Source of the DNA: Carcharhinus longimanus
Lineage: Eukaryota
Length of the DNA stretch: 64,000 nt
Direction of reading: 5' to 3'
Assembly: GCA_030264375.1 (NCBI GenBank)
Contig: JASCQW010000160.1
Span: 26,400,204-26,464,203 of the forward strand
The position numbers and the translations under genes are program-made. Position 1 is the first letter of the stretch; every line of letters starts with the position of its first letter. The notes beneath the pieces are model-generated. The model was not told the origin of the DNA. It saw only the letters and a list, made by a program, of their open reading frames with translations, and made no database searches. Shown here one piece after another: positions 1 through 14,116 of this stretch.

Positions 1-1342
1 TGGCCCACTCAGTACTATGCTACCGTCCTCTCCAGTGGGAATGGGCCCCGTCCCTGATTTTTAAAGAGATTCACGCCAGGACTCTCTGTGATGCACAGAA
101 TGTGGGAGACTCATTTTGAAAATCCTGCTGAAAAGCCAAGTGGGACTTATTCCAGTTTTTATGCGAATTCAACACTTAGAATTTTTTTTTTGAGAATCCC
201 ACCCTAAATGTTTCACTTAGTTCATAAATTCGGGTCTTTTCTTGAAACGCGACATTAAATTTGAGATTTCATCACTAGATTAAACTATGCACTTTAATTG
301 AAGGAAAAAATGCAGGGCTATGGAGAAAGCAAGGGGGTGAGATTAATTGAATCGCTCTTTCACAGAGCTGGCACAGACATGAGGGGCTGAATAGTCTCTT
401 TCTGTACTGTTTGATTCCAGTTCAGGGACATGGAAATAATTCTGGCATTCCTATACTACTGCCCAAAATCAACTATCTGAACGCAGGCTGATGAGTAAAC
501 TTGTAACTTTAATAACAATATACTGCTGTCTTCCTTCCTCTCTCGCGCTATATACAAAATATGTGGTTTTTTGCTAAAAAACACAAAACATGGTGGGGTC
601 AGATTGACACAATTGCTTGCAACAATAATGTCTAGTGGTTAGACTACAGCTTAGCTCTTCCGTGATGATGACTGCTTTGAAGTTTTATGCTGTACGTAAT
701 GTGCTCACATGGGGCTCTTTAAAGCTGCAGTGTTGGAATATAGACACTTAATTACTTCTAAAACAAACGCATCTGTGACTTGTATTTAGCTATGGCATTC
801 ATTTATAAAGAGCAGTCCACAACTCACAAAATGGCACGTGGTTTTAATTTATAAAGCTCTGCTGTTTAATCACCACTAACCTGATAAGAAGAAAAAATAG
901 AATTCCACTCATGTCAAAGGCCCAGATTCTACCCCTGAGGCAAATTTTAGTTAGGATTGCCTTTCTTTTGCNNNNNNNNNNCTGAACAGGATGTGATTCA
1001 AAAGTAGAAGAGTGAGAGTTCGCATGCCAAAATTCCTAGCCAGATAAAGCCAAATTCCTGAAAGTAACTTTATTCGGCAAATATATTTTAATCTTGGCAA
1101 AATTGTCAGCTGTGGCTCAAGTGATGACAATCACAGAATCTTTACAGTGCAGAAGGAGGCCATTCGGCCCTTTGGGTCTGCACTGGCTCACTGAAAGAAC
1201 ATTCTACCTAATCCCACTCCCCTGCCTTATATCCGTAACCTTCGCATTTTTTCTTTTCATATAGTTTTTGTTTTATCACATCTCCAAGATAGTAAGACCT
1301 GGACACATAATCTGAGCTGACAATACTGTGTAGTATTCAGCA

Positions 1343-1701
1343 AGGGAGGTGATAGACTAGTGGTATTATCGCTGGACTATTACTCCAGAAACTCAGCTAA
1401 TGTTCTGGAGACCTGAGTTCAAATCCCACCATAGCAGATGATGGAATTTGAATTCAATAAAAAAAAGTCTGGAATTCAGAATTCACTGATGACCTGAAAC
1501 CTTCGCCGATTGTTGGAAAAGCCCATTTGGTTCACTAGTGTCCTTTAGGGAAGGAAATCTGCCGCCCTTACCTGATCTGGCTGACACTTGACTCCAGAGT
1601 CAAAGCAACGTGATTGACTCTCAAGTGCCCTCGGGCAACTAGGGACAGGCAATAAATGCTGGCCAACCAGCGATGTCCCATGTCCAATGAACGAATAAAA
1701 A
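1343..1701 (+). mobile_element. tRNA-derived SINE sharing its 3' tail with the CR1-superfamily LINE family
   Basis: A/B-box-like head tagactagtggtattatc...gagttcaaatccc and tail aataaatgctggcc...gaataaaa; copies at about 6046-6390, 17520-18400 (split), 30620-31013, 42890-43090, 51092-51430. Confidence 0.85.
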
Positions 1702-2010
1702 GTGTTGAAGGTGCCATCTTTTAGGTGAATGGTTAAACTGAAGCCCTATCTGCTCTCTCAGATAAGCGTAATAGATCCTGTGACTCTATTTGAAGAGCAG
1801 GTGAGTTCTCCAGGTATCATGGCCAACATAATCCTTCAACCAACACTTAAAGCAAATGTTCTGGCCATTAATTTCATTTTGCTTTTGAGTGCTTGATATG
1901 TACAAATTAGATGCCTCATTTCCTGCATTATAACAATGTCTACATAAATACTTTATTGCTTTAAAGCGCTTTGGAACGTTCTTAGATTGCAAAAGGTGTC
2001 AAATGAAGTC
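1702..2010 (+). mobile_element. Deu-domain SINE (SacSINE1/AmnSINE-like), old; 5' part at about 1105-1342, split by younger insertions
   Basis: gaaggtgccatcttttaggtgaatggttaaactgaagccct resembles the Deu domain; L2-like tail aaagcgctttggaacg. Another fragment at about 50895-51000. Confidence 0.6.
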
Positions 2011-3297
2011 TCTCCTTTAACTTATGAGCTAGTTTAAAAATATACTTTCAAGAGAAATTTTGGATACAGATTTTCTGAACATGTGTGAACACCGTTAAAG
2101 ACTCAACTCCAAAATTAGATTAAACATTTAAAAATAATAGGCACTAACATTAAATTGTTCATTCAAATCCTTTTTGTCTCAGAGGCTCACTGTCCAACGC
2201 TGAACATGCATATCAAGAAATGTTATAAAACCTGATGTCATTAACGTTTTTAGCCTATGAAACCACCAGCAGGTCTAGTGGAATCAGTCATCGCAAGCAA
2301 TTGCCAGGAGGTAAAGCCACACAANNNNNNNNNNNNNNNNNNCACCCCGGCCCCCAACGCTCCAAAACAATGAAGAATCTATTACAATTCTTCTTGTTAC
2401 ATACACCCCATGGTCAGTGTTCCAAGGCATCTTTTCTCAGGTATTTCACTATCACAAAGTGAGATTCCTTTCCAATACTAAAACTTGCTACATTGCTTTG
2501 CAGCAACTGTTTCACTTTAAAATTTTTTTAAAAATTGGTTTGCATCTGTATGTGTCCACCAGCCCTGCATACAGGGCTACAGATATATTCTGCAGTTCTG
2601 ATAACATAATTTCTCTCTATTCCCAATGGAGCGGCAGTGTTCGGATGATAGTTATGCCATCTATTAGTGCAAGGCCCATTTTGTGTTTCTCAGCCACAAA
2701 ATATGAGGTGCAAAACAACATTTTTTAAGGTTGCTTGATCAAGTCAAGTAATGGGGTCCAAAAATGTAATAAATAATTGAGTTCATAACATCCTTAATCA
2801 ATTGGCAATTTAAAATAGAATCTTTAACCTCAGTGTAAAATCATTCATTTCTTTTAAATTATTTATTGATTGACTCCACACACAAAAAACTTTAAATCTT
2901 TCTTTAAAGTCTCTTAATTGGGGGAATTTTGAATGCTCAGAAAAGATTTACGAACAAAAATGGTGATTACTTTGCACATTACTAACATGGCATTAGACAA
3001 ACTCCACTTACTTTAAAGTCATGATCAGTAAAACACTCATGCATGCAGAATAGGTTTAAGACTTCAGTTAATGGAGGCCAAATAGTCCATTTAATCAACT
3101 CCATATGGAACACTGTATTAAATCTGAGAAACCTGAACATCGTAACAGCAAGAAGCTTTCTACCCTCTGATAAAAGGCTTCTTCAGCTACAATACTGAAC
3201 ATTAATTTGCAATACATTGCATCCCTGTGTACTTTCTACAAAAAACAGCTGTTACCAGCCAACACATGTCCCAGTCATTACTTTCAGTATTATTTAC

Positions 3298-3357
3298 CTC
3301 TGTGAATCCCTCTTGCAGAACATCCAGCAAATTTCCTTTGGCTAAGCAGGCAATCAT
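3298..3357 (-). CDS. DIXDC1: DIXDC1 (Dixin/Ccd1) first coding exon of the long CH-domain isoform; downstream exons lie beyond the left window edge
   Basis: Reverse complement reads ATG ATT GCC TGC TTA GCC AAA GGA AAT TTG CTG GAT GTT CTG CAA GAG GGA TTC ACA GAG|gtaaat = MIACLAKGNLLDVLQEGFTE, matching the recalled human N-terminus MLACLTRGNLLDVLQEGFNE. Phase-0 GT donor. Lies downstream of C11orf52 on the same strand, as in human. Confidence 0.93.
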
Positions 3358-4924
3358 CTTAATTAGTGTTCCAAGTGCAAGCAGAGATCATGTTAAAAAA
3401 AGAAATCAGACTAAGAAGATCTCGTCCTCCAAAAAAAATACAGTTAATAGACTAAGAGGAGGCAGTTTCTTCTTATCCCATATGAGCAGCCCGCTACCTT
3501 CATTTTAAACAGGATGAGAGTATTAGACTACAGAACAGAAGAGAGGGAACAGACTGAGCATGCTCAACAGCCAACCAGTCATGTTTGAGAGGATTAGGCA
3601 TGACAGAATTGTCATGACGACAGTTCACCACAGGATGAGGGGGTGGGCACTGGCTAAAAAGGCAACCCAGAACACAGATGGTGGGTTATCAAGCAGTTTG
3701 CAAAAATAAACATCGACAAGCAAAATCTAACAAAGCTTCCTTCATCAACTATTTCATAAATCCTGCCAGCCCGTTTTGTTTTGCAACCACAGGGAAGACA
3801 AAGTAAATTATTCACATCTGAAAGAGTATGAGTGGTCTGAATCAACAATGTTCAAACTTAGTGTAAAAACAGAAAACCTTCTGTCGGATCTTGTTATGGT
3901 GCACAATCTAATTTTAAAATTTTAGCGACTGTATCAAAAATGGCTGGGTTATTGGATTTTATGTTTTAAACTCTTATTCTTTCAAGACTTGTAAGCTTTG
4001 AACTTCTGATATCATATTCCAGCTCCCATGAAATTAAACATCTTTGAATACCATTTGCAACAAAAAAAAACTTAACACGTTTAAACTTGGAGATCATGAA
4101 GAGAGAGGCCACTTTGCCCATTGAGTCTGCACTGATAACAATCCCACACAGGCCCAACCCTGTAATCCCAAGTATTTACCCCACTAATCCCCCTGACACA
4201 AAGAGGCATTTTAGCATGGTCAGTCAACCTAACCCACACATTTTTGGACAGTGGGAGGAAACTGGAACATCTGGAGGAAACCCACGCAGACACAGGGAGA
4301 ATGTGCAGATTCCACACAGACAGTGACCCAAGGCTGCAATCGAACCCGGGTCCCTTGAACTGTGAGGTTAACTACTGTGCAACCATTACGCCCACAATAG
4401 ATGGAGAATATCTGAGATGGACAGATAAAATGGACAAATTTACCAAATTAATAAGGTTTCTGTCTCCTGACTAAACACATGTCTACTGTTTGGGCCAGAA
4501 TTTAAAAGGAAAAATTCCATTAGTGTGGTATTGTATTACAGCATTCAGAAATGATCGAATGCATGTCAGACAATTAAATGCTTTTAAACACAGTAAATGC
4601 AGTGCTGGCAGACGTAGCGGCAATTTTGAACACAATGTTCACATTGACTGCAGGAGGTATACAGTCCAAGATAGTAGGAGAAAGCCATGTTCTTTTCCCA
4701 ATAGTGTGCTTGAATATCAATCTTTCACCTGAACTTGGCGTAATATAGCATCTGAAAGACTAGTCTTAATTCAAAAAAGTGAATGCCTATTGTTTATCAA
4801 AATTTATTAGCAAGATCAAAGACTCATAGGAAAATTCATAATTAATGTGCAATGTTTTCACAAAACCCCAGGCCAAAATTAGAGTTACAAAATTTAACAT
4901 TCATGGAAAACAGGAAATAGATAC

Positions 4925-6000
4925 ATATGTATGTTCATTCTGCCCATTGTGATGCTGTGTTCCCTCTGCGTTGTGCACATGCATAGCAGCATAGCAGTCA
5001 AAGGTCTCTTTCCCTTAGCATCGAGGATGATTTTCTCCAAACTGAAATGGCTGAAGTCCAATGTACAGTCTGCAAGTTCTGCCACACACAGGGCAGGTAC
5101 TGCTTGAAAGGTTGGGTAGATGGGTTGTATGGATGTTTGCGTGCCCCCTCCACACCTCAACTTTGCCTCTGCATGTTTCCGACAATGTTCAGTGCCTTCT
5201 CGAATGTGCCTTTTCCACTTTGGTTGTTCACATGCTAGGGTTGATCATGAGTCAGTGGGTAGGTTTGACCTCTTTAGGGATGCTCTGAGGATCTCCTTAA
5301 GCATTTCCTCCACACTCCTGAAAGTCTCCGGTCACAACCGAGTTTCGTGTACAGCAGTTGCTTTGTGATTCTGGTGTCAGGCATATGAATGACATATCCA
5401 TTCAGGGCAATTGATTCAAAGTGATTAGCACCTGAATGTTGGGCAAATTGATTTGGGAAAGAGCACTGCAGTTGAACCTTGTTACGTATTAATAGTGATT
5501 CTTGATAACTGATCTAAGAATTGTGTATTAATATATTCATGTATTCATCTGAAATGATGTTACAGGTTGCTAGCATGAGAACTGCCAGAGTGAAAAAGCA
5601 ACTATGTAATGAACGCTACCCTGTAAATAATGCTCCTCCATGTTTCCTCGTGTCAACTCTCCAATATACAACAAACATCTTTCCCCATTTGGAAGATCTT
5701 ACAATGGCATTGCTAATGGTACTTCTCCAGTCCTTTGAGGTGCCTGCTCTGTGATCAAAGTCTCCGAAACAGATGGGAGTGCAGATATGTTTTTGCCATT
5801 ACTGTCAAATATCATCACATAGCCCTAGTTTTGGACCCAATATGAAATAACACCCTAAGCACAATCAGCTTGGAAAACATAACCGTGATATGTGTGATCT
5901 ACCTCTCTGTAAATCAACACTGAACTGTCTTATGGTGAATTTCCAACATTCCTCTTCCTTGCCAGAGAACAAGCTAGCCAACTGACAAAGTTGTCACCTG
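4925..6000 (-). mobile_element. RTE-clade LINE 3' fragment
   Basis: C-terminal zinc-finger-like STCPVCGRTCRLYIGL near 5060-5105 on the minus strand; degraded coding-like sequence upstream. Confidence 0.6.
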
Positions 6001-8394
6001 ATGTTAGAACGGGAATGGAACAACAGGTCATCCGGGGGACAGGATGGGGAGTCGGTGGCTTAGTAGTATTATCACTGGCCTAAGGATCCAGAGACCCAGG
6101 ATAATGTTCTGGGGATCCAGGTTCGAATTCCACCAAGATGGTGGAATTTGAATTCAATAAAAATCTGGAATTGAGAATCTACTGATGACCATGAAACCAT
6201 CGTTGATTGTCGTAAAAATCCATCTGGTTCACTAATGTCCTTTAAGGAAGGAAATCTGCCGCCTTTGCCTGGTCGGGCCTACATCTGACTCCACAGCCAC
6301 AGCAATGTGGTAGACTCTTAAATGCCCTCAGGGATGGGCAATAAATGCTGGCTCAAACAGCGATGCCCACATCCCATGAACAAATTTTTTTAAAAGGATA
6401 TTGAAGGGGAAGCAAGCAGGTGTGGTGACCATGACAAGCAGAGACCAAGAAGAGGTCTGCCTGAGATCAGAAGGAACAGATGGGCTGCCTGCGAATCTGC
6501 CCTCCTCCTGATAAAAACAAAGCACCAATACAAGTATAGAAATTGTCAAGTAAAACCTTTTACTATTTTTAATATTACAAGTCACATTGGCAGCAAGATC
6601 TGGCATCAGTGAAGGCTGATGAGTAACACTGAAGCATTAGGACATGATGGGCAAAGCTGGACAAAGATTTAATTTCTCTCTCCATGGCTTGGCATCTGAT
6701 CCTTTGACGCTTGCCTCTTCTTTTTAAAGCATATTGGGTCATTTTCTACATTCAAGACATATTGAGTGTGTATATGGCTATGGAATGTACTGGTTTTTGG
6801 TAATATACTTTTAAAATCCGATTCATTGATGAAATAGCAGTTTTCGGTTCCACTTTATCAAAGGGACTACAATCAAGCATTTCTACGACCTCAAATTTCA
6901 ATGTACTTACGGACAAAGCTTTTAACGGAAAAGAAAGCTAATTGCTACTCAAAGCAGAGATGCAGCAACACCACACAGCAGATGACATTTCCATGACTAA
7001 GTAATGTGTTCATTAATAATTACATAAAATATAATTGCTACTTCTTTAAGAGTCACTTAACAGCAAATAAGCTTCAGCATTTGCCTTTGTGAGACCCTTT
7101 GCTGAGTCTGACCTCTCAAGTACCCTGAGAATAGGGATAAAGTGGCTGAGCTGCAGCAAAATAAGATTAACAGAATGCAAGGAGACCTTTTTGAGTAGCT
7201 TTTAAATGACAGAAATCACTGTATTTTATGGCAGGATTGTAAAGTGCAACCAATGATAAATATGAAATTTTTCACTGTCAGCTGTTCATAGCACAAGCTT
7301 GCCAACTTGCTTTGCTCCAATGGCGTTGCAAATGTATCTTTTTAAACCTTATAACAGTTATTAAATTCACCACAGGTACATGCTTTTCTTCTTATCTGGC
7401 AAATCCCAAGGACAATGTTTCTGCCATCTTATTTGTCACAACAATAAAACAATAAGTGAGTTACTGGCTTGTCAAAGAACTCAGTTTCTATCAATTAGCT
7501 TAAAAGTGGCCTAGACATGGTGCAAGGAAAACTCCTGGGTGGAAAGCTTTTGGAACAAAGGGTCTAAAGCTACCGGTCCTCCGAAGTATGGGACACTTAC
7601 CTCCAACTGATTACTGATGAGTGCCTGATGGAGAATGCTACTGAGTAGAAGTTGAAACAAGGGAGTGAAGGAGCAGGAGACTAATGGTGCCTTCCACTAA
7701 AGCTATTCCAGAAATGTAAAGGGGCTTAATAATTTCAGCTCCCAGAGCTGTGGCATCTGCCCCATTTGTATGGTCACAAAATGTTCCTACTGGAGGAAAG
7801 ATTTACACGAAATGCGATGAAAATTGTATCTCCGTTACATACAGCTGGGGCTGCTAGGCTAATCCCTAATTCTTAGGTGCTACAGTCTTGGAGGCTCCTA
7901 AAGAAACCCACTTCTTGTGATGGGTCTAAGAGTAGTTCTGCCTCATTTAGCACAATATTGTAACCACTCAATATAACTTCCAAAGCACATACATTTGTGG
8001 CATTAACATGCAACCAAATATTCTGAGTGAGACATTAACTCACTCAAAATATATTGGCTTACACAATTAAATTTGGGGCCAGTGAGCTTGAGTGTGTTTC
8101 ATTACCAATAACAGGCAACAGGAGTTCAAATATAAACTAATAATTTCATCTCAAAATCTCACCTGATAATAGCTTCTCTTTTATCACTCCACCTTTCCTT
8201 TAAACTTCCAGCTAAACATTCAGATGTTTTCCTCATTGGAAATCCCACTGTCCTATCTGCCCTTAGCCACTGAATCAAGCAATGCCTTATTCTTGGTAAT
8301 CCCAACCCATTATAATTCCCCAGCCCCATCTCCGCTGAATCCCTTGCCCTTTCATCAACTTGATCTTCTTGGCATCCACAATGGTACTGATATT

Positions 8395-9350
8395 TGTTTG
8401 GGAGGTGCTGCCCAGGGAGCTTTGGTGAGTTTCTACAGTGCATCTCAGATAGTACACACTGCTGCCACTGTTCGTCATTGGAGGAGAGAGTGAATGTTTC
8501 TGGAATAGGTGCCAATCAAGTGAGCTGCTTTATCTTGGATGGTGTCGAGTTTCTTGAGTGTTCTTGGAACTGCACTCATCCAGGCAAGTTGAGAGTATTC
8601 CATCACACTCCTGACTTGTGGCTTGTGACCACAGGATCTGGGGAGTCAGGAGGTAAGTTACTTGCCACAGGATTCCTAGCCTCTGACCTCCTCTTGTAGC
8701 CATAGTATTTTTATGGCTAGTCCAGTTCAGTTTCTGGTCAGTGGTAACCCCCAAGTTGATAGAGAGGAATCCAGCAATGTTAATGCCATTGAATACCAAG
8801 AGGTGATGGTTACATTTTTTTCTTGTAGAAGATGGTGATTGCCTGGCATTTGTGTAGTGCGAATGTTACTTGTCATTTGTCAGCCCAAGACTGGGTACTG
8901 TCTAAGTCTTTTTGCATTTGGGCATGAACTGCTTCTGTATCTGAGGACTTGCGAATGGTGCTGCACTTGTTCAATAATAAGTGAAAATCCCCACTTTTGA
9001 CATTATGATGGAAGGAAGATCATTGATAAAGCAACTGAAGGTAGTTGGACCTAGGCACTACCCTGAGGAACTCCTGCATTGAGTCCGGGAACTAAGATGA
9101 TGGACCTCCAACAACTACAACCAACATCTTTTGCGCTAGGTATGACTCCAATCAGCAGAGAGTTTTCCTTCGGATTCCCACTGATTCTAGTTTCTAAGGC
9201 TCCTTGATGCCACACTTGGTCAAATGCTGCCTTGATGTCAAAGGTGATCAGTCTCACCTCACCTCTGGAGTTCAACTCTTTTGTCCATGTTTGAACCAAT
9301 GCTTTAATGAGGTCAGATGCTGAGTGACCCTGGCAGAATTCAAACTGTGC
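8395..9350 (-). mobile_element. CR1-superfamily LINE fragment, same family as 40810-42605
   Basis: VQTWTKELNSRGEVRLITFDIKAAFDQVWHQGAL...GVPQGS; other fragments at about 24395-24845 (+), 45160-45500 (-) and 49165-49400 (-). Confidence 0.85.
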
Positions 9351-12300
9351 TTTCAGCTACATCCTACGCCCTTTGTTCCCTCCTAGTTGATGTCCATTTA
9401 TCCCCAGAGTTGTAAAATTCTCTAGGGCATCATTTGAATCTGGGACACATTACATAATTGCAAAATCCTGTTGTAGTCAAAACTCAATTTCAATTTCACT
9501 TTTTTTTTAATTCGAAGTAGTGCCAACTTCCCAATCTCTACATCAACAATACCAACGTGCTGTAAACTGATTTTAAATTGGTGCTGTTTTGATTTGGATT
9601 TAATGAAAAACTGGGTCTGCCACTAGAATAAAGGAGCCAGATTTAGCAGTGTAAATACCATGATCTGACTCAGAGACAGCGTTCTTCAGGAATTCAAACT
9701 AAAACAAAGCTTGTTACAAAAGCAGCTAGTAACTCTCGCTGACAACTGTAAATTATTTTAAATCCAGCATGTGAGAGGTGGACTGCCATATGCACGTCTG
9801 GCTTTAATATTAGGTGATGGGGGAGAAAGACTGTCTCAATTAACAGACTTCCGCTGCAATCCCATGCTAAAATAACGTACATGACTGCATTTCCTTAGGG
9901 TGAATTTGACAATTTTAGTCAATCATGGTTATCAAAAAAAAACTATACTTAATGTCTTTCCATTTTATTCAAATTCCCTTCCTGGTGAGTGGACAAAGAA
10001 ATGGCAAGACCAGCGTCTGGAACTATTTTGAATGAATTAGGCTGTAAAAACAAAAAGATTCTAAAGTGTCTGTCCATTGGCCGAAATGTGACTTCTGGCC
10101 ATCTATAGTTAAAGATATAGAGCCTGACATTTCCACATGGTGGGGTGGGTAGAATACCTGCTTCTGTACAGTCAGGACAGAGATAGCTATCACAACTATC
10201 AATTGCTAAATAAATGTTGCTCCAATGATCAAATCTGCAATAACTACTAAAAATTTTTAATTTACTTCCTCAAAGGTTATTTATTTAAATTAATTACCTC
10301 TAGGGAAAATCCCAAGCTAGACATAGAGGTCTCATTCCTACTGAGGAGAGTCAGCAGAAGCCCACCCTGACCCCAATTTCTCACAATCACAAGTCAAAAA
10401 AGCAGCAAAATCAGAGCGGAATCCCAATAGATCCTAAAATTTCTGCCTTCCAAAGATGGTCTATGTTACGCCCTCTCCCACCATCAATTTGTGGTCCAAA
10501 TGTCAACTTCATATGATGGTCCATGCATCTTATATACAGAGAAACATTGTTAACAGAGAAACATTGTATGATGATGGTGGTGCATTACAATTCACTCAGA
10601 GTGTCTGAGTCACTGTGGAAACATATTCTTTTACATGCATCTTGTAGTCTGGAGCTATGGATAGTGAGGTTGAGGTTCCGACTTTCTTTTCATCACATGT
10701 CCAACCAGGAATTTCTCACACTCTCACCACCTGCTACTGGTGTGTATTAGAAGGACTTACAGGTTGATGTTCAACCTGTTTGAGTACATTGTGCTGGCAC
10801 TTTCCTTGGCCATCAAGTCCTGGGATGGGATTTGAATGTGGAGCTTCTGGCTCAGACAAAGGGCCACATCCCACTACAGTAGAAAATCTCAAAACATTGT
10901 GTAACGCTCATAATTGTAATTATTTATTCTTTTATAAAATAAATCAAGAACAATTGATTTTGAATGAATACAATATGCTAGACTTCACACTGTTGAAATC
11001 TCACCATTCATTTCAGTGGATTGTCAGATTCTATATTGATAATGAAACCAATCTCTTTACAGGAAAAGCACATACAGTTTTTTCCTGCAGTTCATTTTTC
11101 ACTGGATACTTACCAGGAAAATGTAAGTGTTGATTAAAGCAAAGGTAAATAAAATAAATAAATAGGTGTTTTGGCCTCATTCTGCAAGAGCAAGACAAAG
11201 TGTTGGCAAGAATGCTACATGTTAAACAAGCTGCAAAGTTATGGGCTGGGGGAAAATCATCTGGACTTTGGATGAGGTCAAATAAAAATGAAAATCAGGA
11301 GAAATGTAAAACAGACTGACAATTCACTTTTTTTTTTACACCACTGTCCAATGTATTTAGTTTATAGAGTTCATTGCACCCATATTAATGGATTGGAAAC
11401 CTGCTATTGCAGAAAAGTAAACTTATTAGTCACAAGTAAGGCTTGCATTAACACTGCAATGAAGTTACTGTGAAATTCCCCTAGTTGCCACATTCCGGCG
11501 CCTGTTCGGGTCAACGCACCTAACCAACATGTCTTTCAGGATGTGGGAGAAAACTGGAGCACCTGGAGGAAATGCATGCAGACACAGGCAAACTCTGCAG
11601 ACAGTGACCCAAGCTGGGAATTGAATGTGGATACCAGGCGCTGTGAGGCAGCAGTGCTAACTACTATGCCACCATGCCCTCCCAATTCAAAAAGTAATTT
11701 GACAAAGAACCCATCCTGTTCAAACTGACCGCTGGGCTCTGATTTCCAAAGTGATATTAGGAACCCAACACCCAGATGTCCCAACCCTATGCCTCAGCTG
11801 CATCGCTCTCACAATGCAATATCTGAACGTAAACAGCCTATATAATCAGATGGTGAGCTTAGCTCCCAAATAGACTTGTCGAGTACCTCCAGGATCAACC
11901 TATTTTGCACCAGCAGGCGGGCAGCAGCAGTGTGTGGTCCTGACTGCCTGATTAAAGCAGGAAGCAGGAGGCACTAAATTTGGCATGACGGAAGTAAGTT
12001 TCCTGCCGGTGGGCAATTAGTTTGGAATTTTCTTCTCCCAACTTTGATTGTAGGTTAAAAGGTGGATAGAGTTTATTGCTGATCTGAGTCGGAAAGCAAA
12101 TTTACATTCCTTTGAATTTCATGAATTCTCATCAAAGGCCAACTCACTGGAATGATGTTCCCCTCCAAATTAAGAGCCCTACCATCTGTTTCCTGATTGT
12201 ATATAAGGAGGTGTGTATCTAGCGGGCTTCAGTTCATCAATGACTTTGTGTCAGCAGACACTACTTTTGTCTATCTTTAACAGCTGCGCTAAGGCTGGGC

Positions 12301-12932
12301 ACAGAAGGGGAAGGGTTAAGAAGGAGGCAGGACTGAGGGTGGGGTGGGGGTAGGTGGTGAAAGTGGAACATGAAAAGCAAGGAAGAAAACTGATACAGGA
12401 CTTGGGGGGGTGGGGGTAGGTGGTGATGGAACACAAGAAGGGAGGACGGGAGACATGGGCAGGACAAGGAGGTGGTCAAGGAACAGAGTGGAAAAGTAAA
12501 AGACTGCCCTGGGGCAAAGTTTTATGAGACTGCCCATGGAAGAGTCAGACTCTGCTCTGGGACCAATGCCACGCTGTCAGGGCATATTGAAAAGACTTTC
12601 TTGGGACCAAAACCATTCTGTCAGGGGGCATATTGAAGAGATCATCCTGGGGCTCTGCCAGATATGTTAGAGAGATCCACATGGTCTGCATATCTTGGTC
12701 CCAGTCTTGGAAGGGGCTAACTCTCTGGACAGTGATGGTTGTGCATGGTATGGTAGGCATATTGAAAAGGGTGGATGTGGCCTCAAGGGGAGGATTCAGG
12801 TCAACAAATGGCATGTAAACATGAATATGAAAGGGTCTAGGGGGAGAACAGGATTCTCCATATGAACAATGATGGGGTCAAGGGTAATAAAGGAGGCTGG
12901 ATGGTGACAGAAGGAAGGGAAATTAGGAGGTA

Positions 12933-14116
12933 GTGAGTATAGAGGACAGGAGGAATTTAGCAGGAAAGGTGGTCTCAAGGGCAAAAGCCAACAGCACAAT
13001 TTTTGATCTCACCTAAGGAATGACATAGCTCAAAAAAATCAAGCTAGAAAAAAAAATGATTGGGGATGCGTCTGAGTATGTGGGAGGAGTTCAACACAGC
13101 AATTTTCAGCTGATTTATGGAGCACCCTATAAATGTCCTGCTCAAACCAGGAAGCATTGCTCAGCCGAACGCTGGACTCAAGGGTCTAATGCTCAGTGAA
13201 TGAACTTGACTCCTTTACTAATGATGCACATTCAGGCATAAATCCATTTAATTTTGGGTGTTGCTCTGCATATGGTCTTTATTTGCATCTAATCCTTACA
13301 TGTCAGAATGGACATAATGTCAAACAATCAAGGGGACAGAGGTAGCATGGACCCTGTGAACTTCAGTGTTCCCAGTACAGTTGGTACGGCATTCAAGACA
13401 CCCATGCGTGCAGTCATGACACAAGTGCAAGGATCTAATATCAATGGTTAATGTCAAGGCCACTCGAAGCCAACCACCAGAAGTCTGTCAATGGATCCTT
13501 GGTCTTGGGTCTTCTGACCCCAGTCAAGGCCCTTGTTGTGAATGTGTAGTCACATCTGTGGGGAAAGCTCCACAACCTGTTGTCCTTGAGGATGACAAGG
13601 CCCTGAAAGGGGTGGCCTTAATATACCACGTGCAGACTGAGAGCAAGTCAAGGGCTAGAGAATGCATTCTTGCCTTATATATGGAGGGAGACCATTCCAC
13701 CGTAACTGATTAAGTCAAATGTATTTGTTCACAGATTCATGCAAGTGTAGCAAATGCAGGCTGAAGGCAATTCTACCTGCTTGATAGTTTTGATTAGTAT
13801 GGATAGAAGATGGGCCCGTTGCCAATTGACACAGTTCAGGAAAGATTGTGGCCCCAGGAAGACCCAGATGCTGACGAGGAGGGACCAAATCCACAAATAT
13901 GTTTGATGTGAACAAGGGTCTGCAGAAGATGCAGTTAATACAGTGAAAGATATTGCCACAGGCACCTTTGCTTATCTAGGGATGCTGTAGCACATATTTG
14001 ACACATTCCCTGTTTTTTGAACTATGTCATTCTTTAGGTGAAATCAAAAATTGTGCCGTTGGCTTTTGCCCATGAGACACCTTTCCTGCTAAATTCCTCC
14101 TGTCCTCTATACTCAC
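12933..14116. repeat. Inverted repeat pair of about 105 bp (12933-13037 and 14013-14116)
   Basis: gtgagtatagaggacaggaggaatttagcaggaaagg...gaatgacatag recurs reverse-complemented at roughly 90% identity; ORF track shows PFLLNSSCPLYS on both strands. Confidence 0.9.
13880..14010 (+). mobile_element. Harbinger transposase N-terminal fragment
   Basis: SERYCHRHLCLSRDAVAHI resembles the SE..C.RRLRLSR..V..IC segment of Harbinger transposases. Confidence 0.4.
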
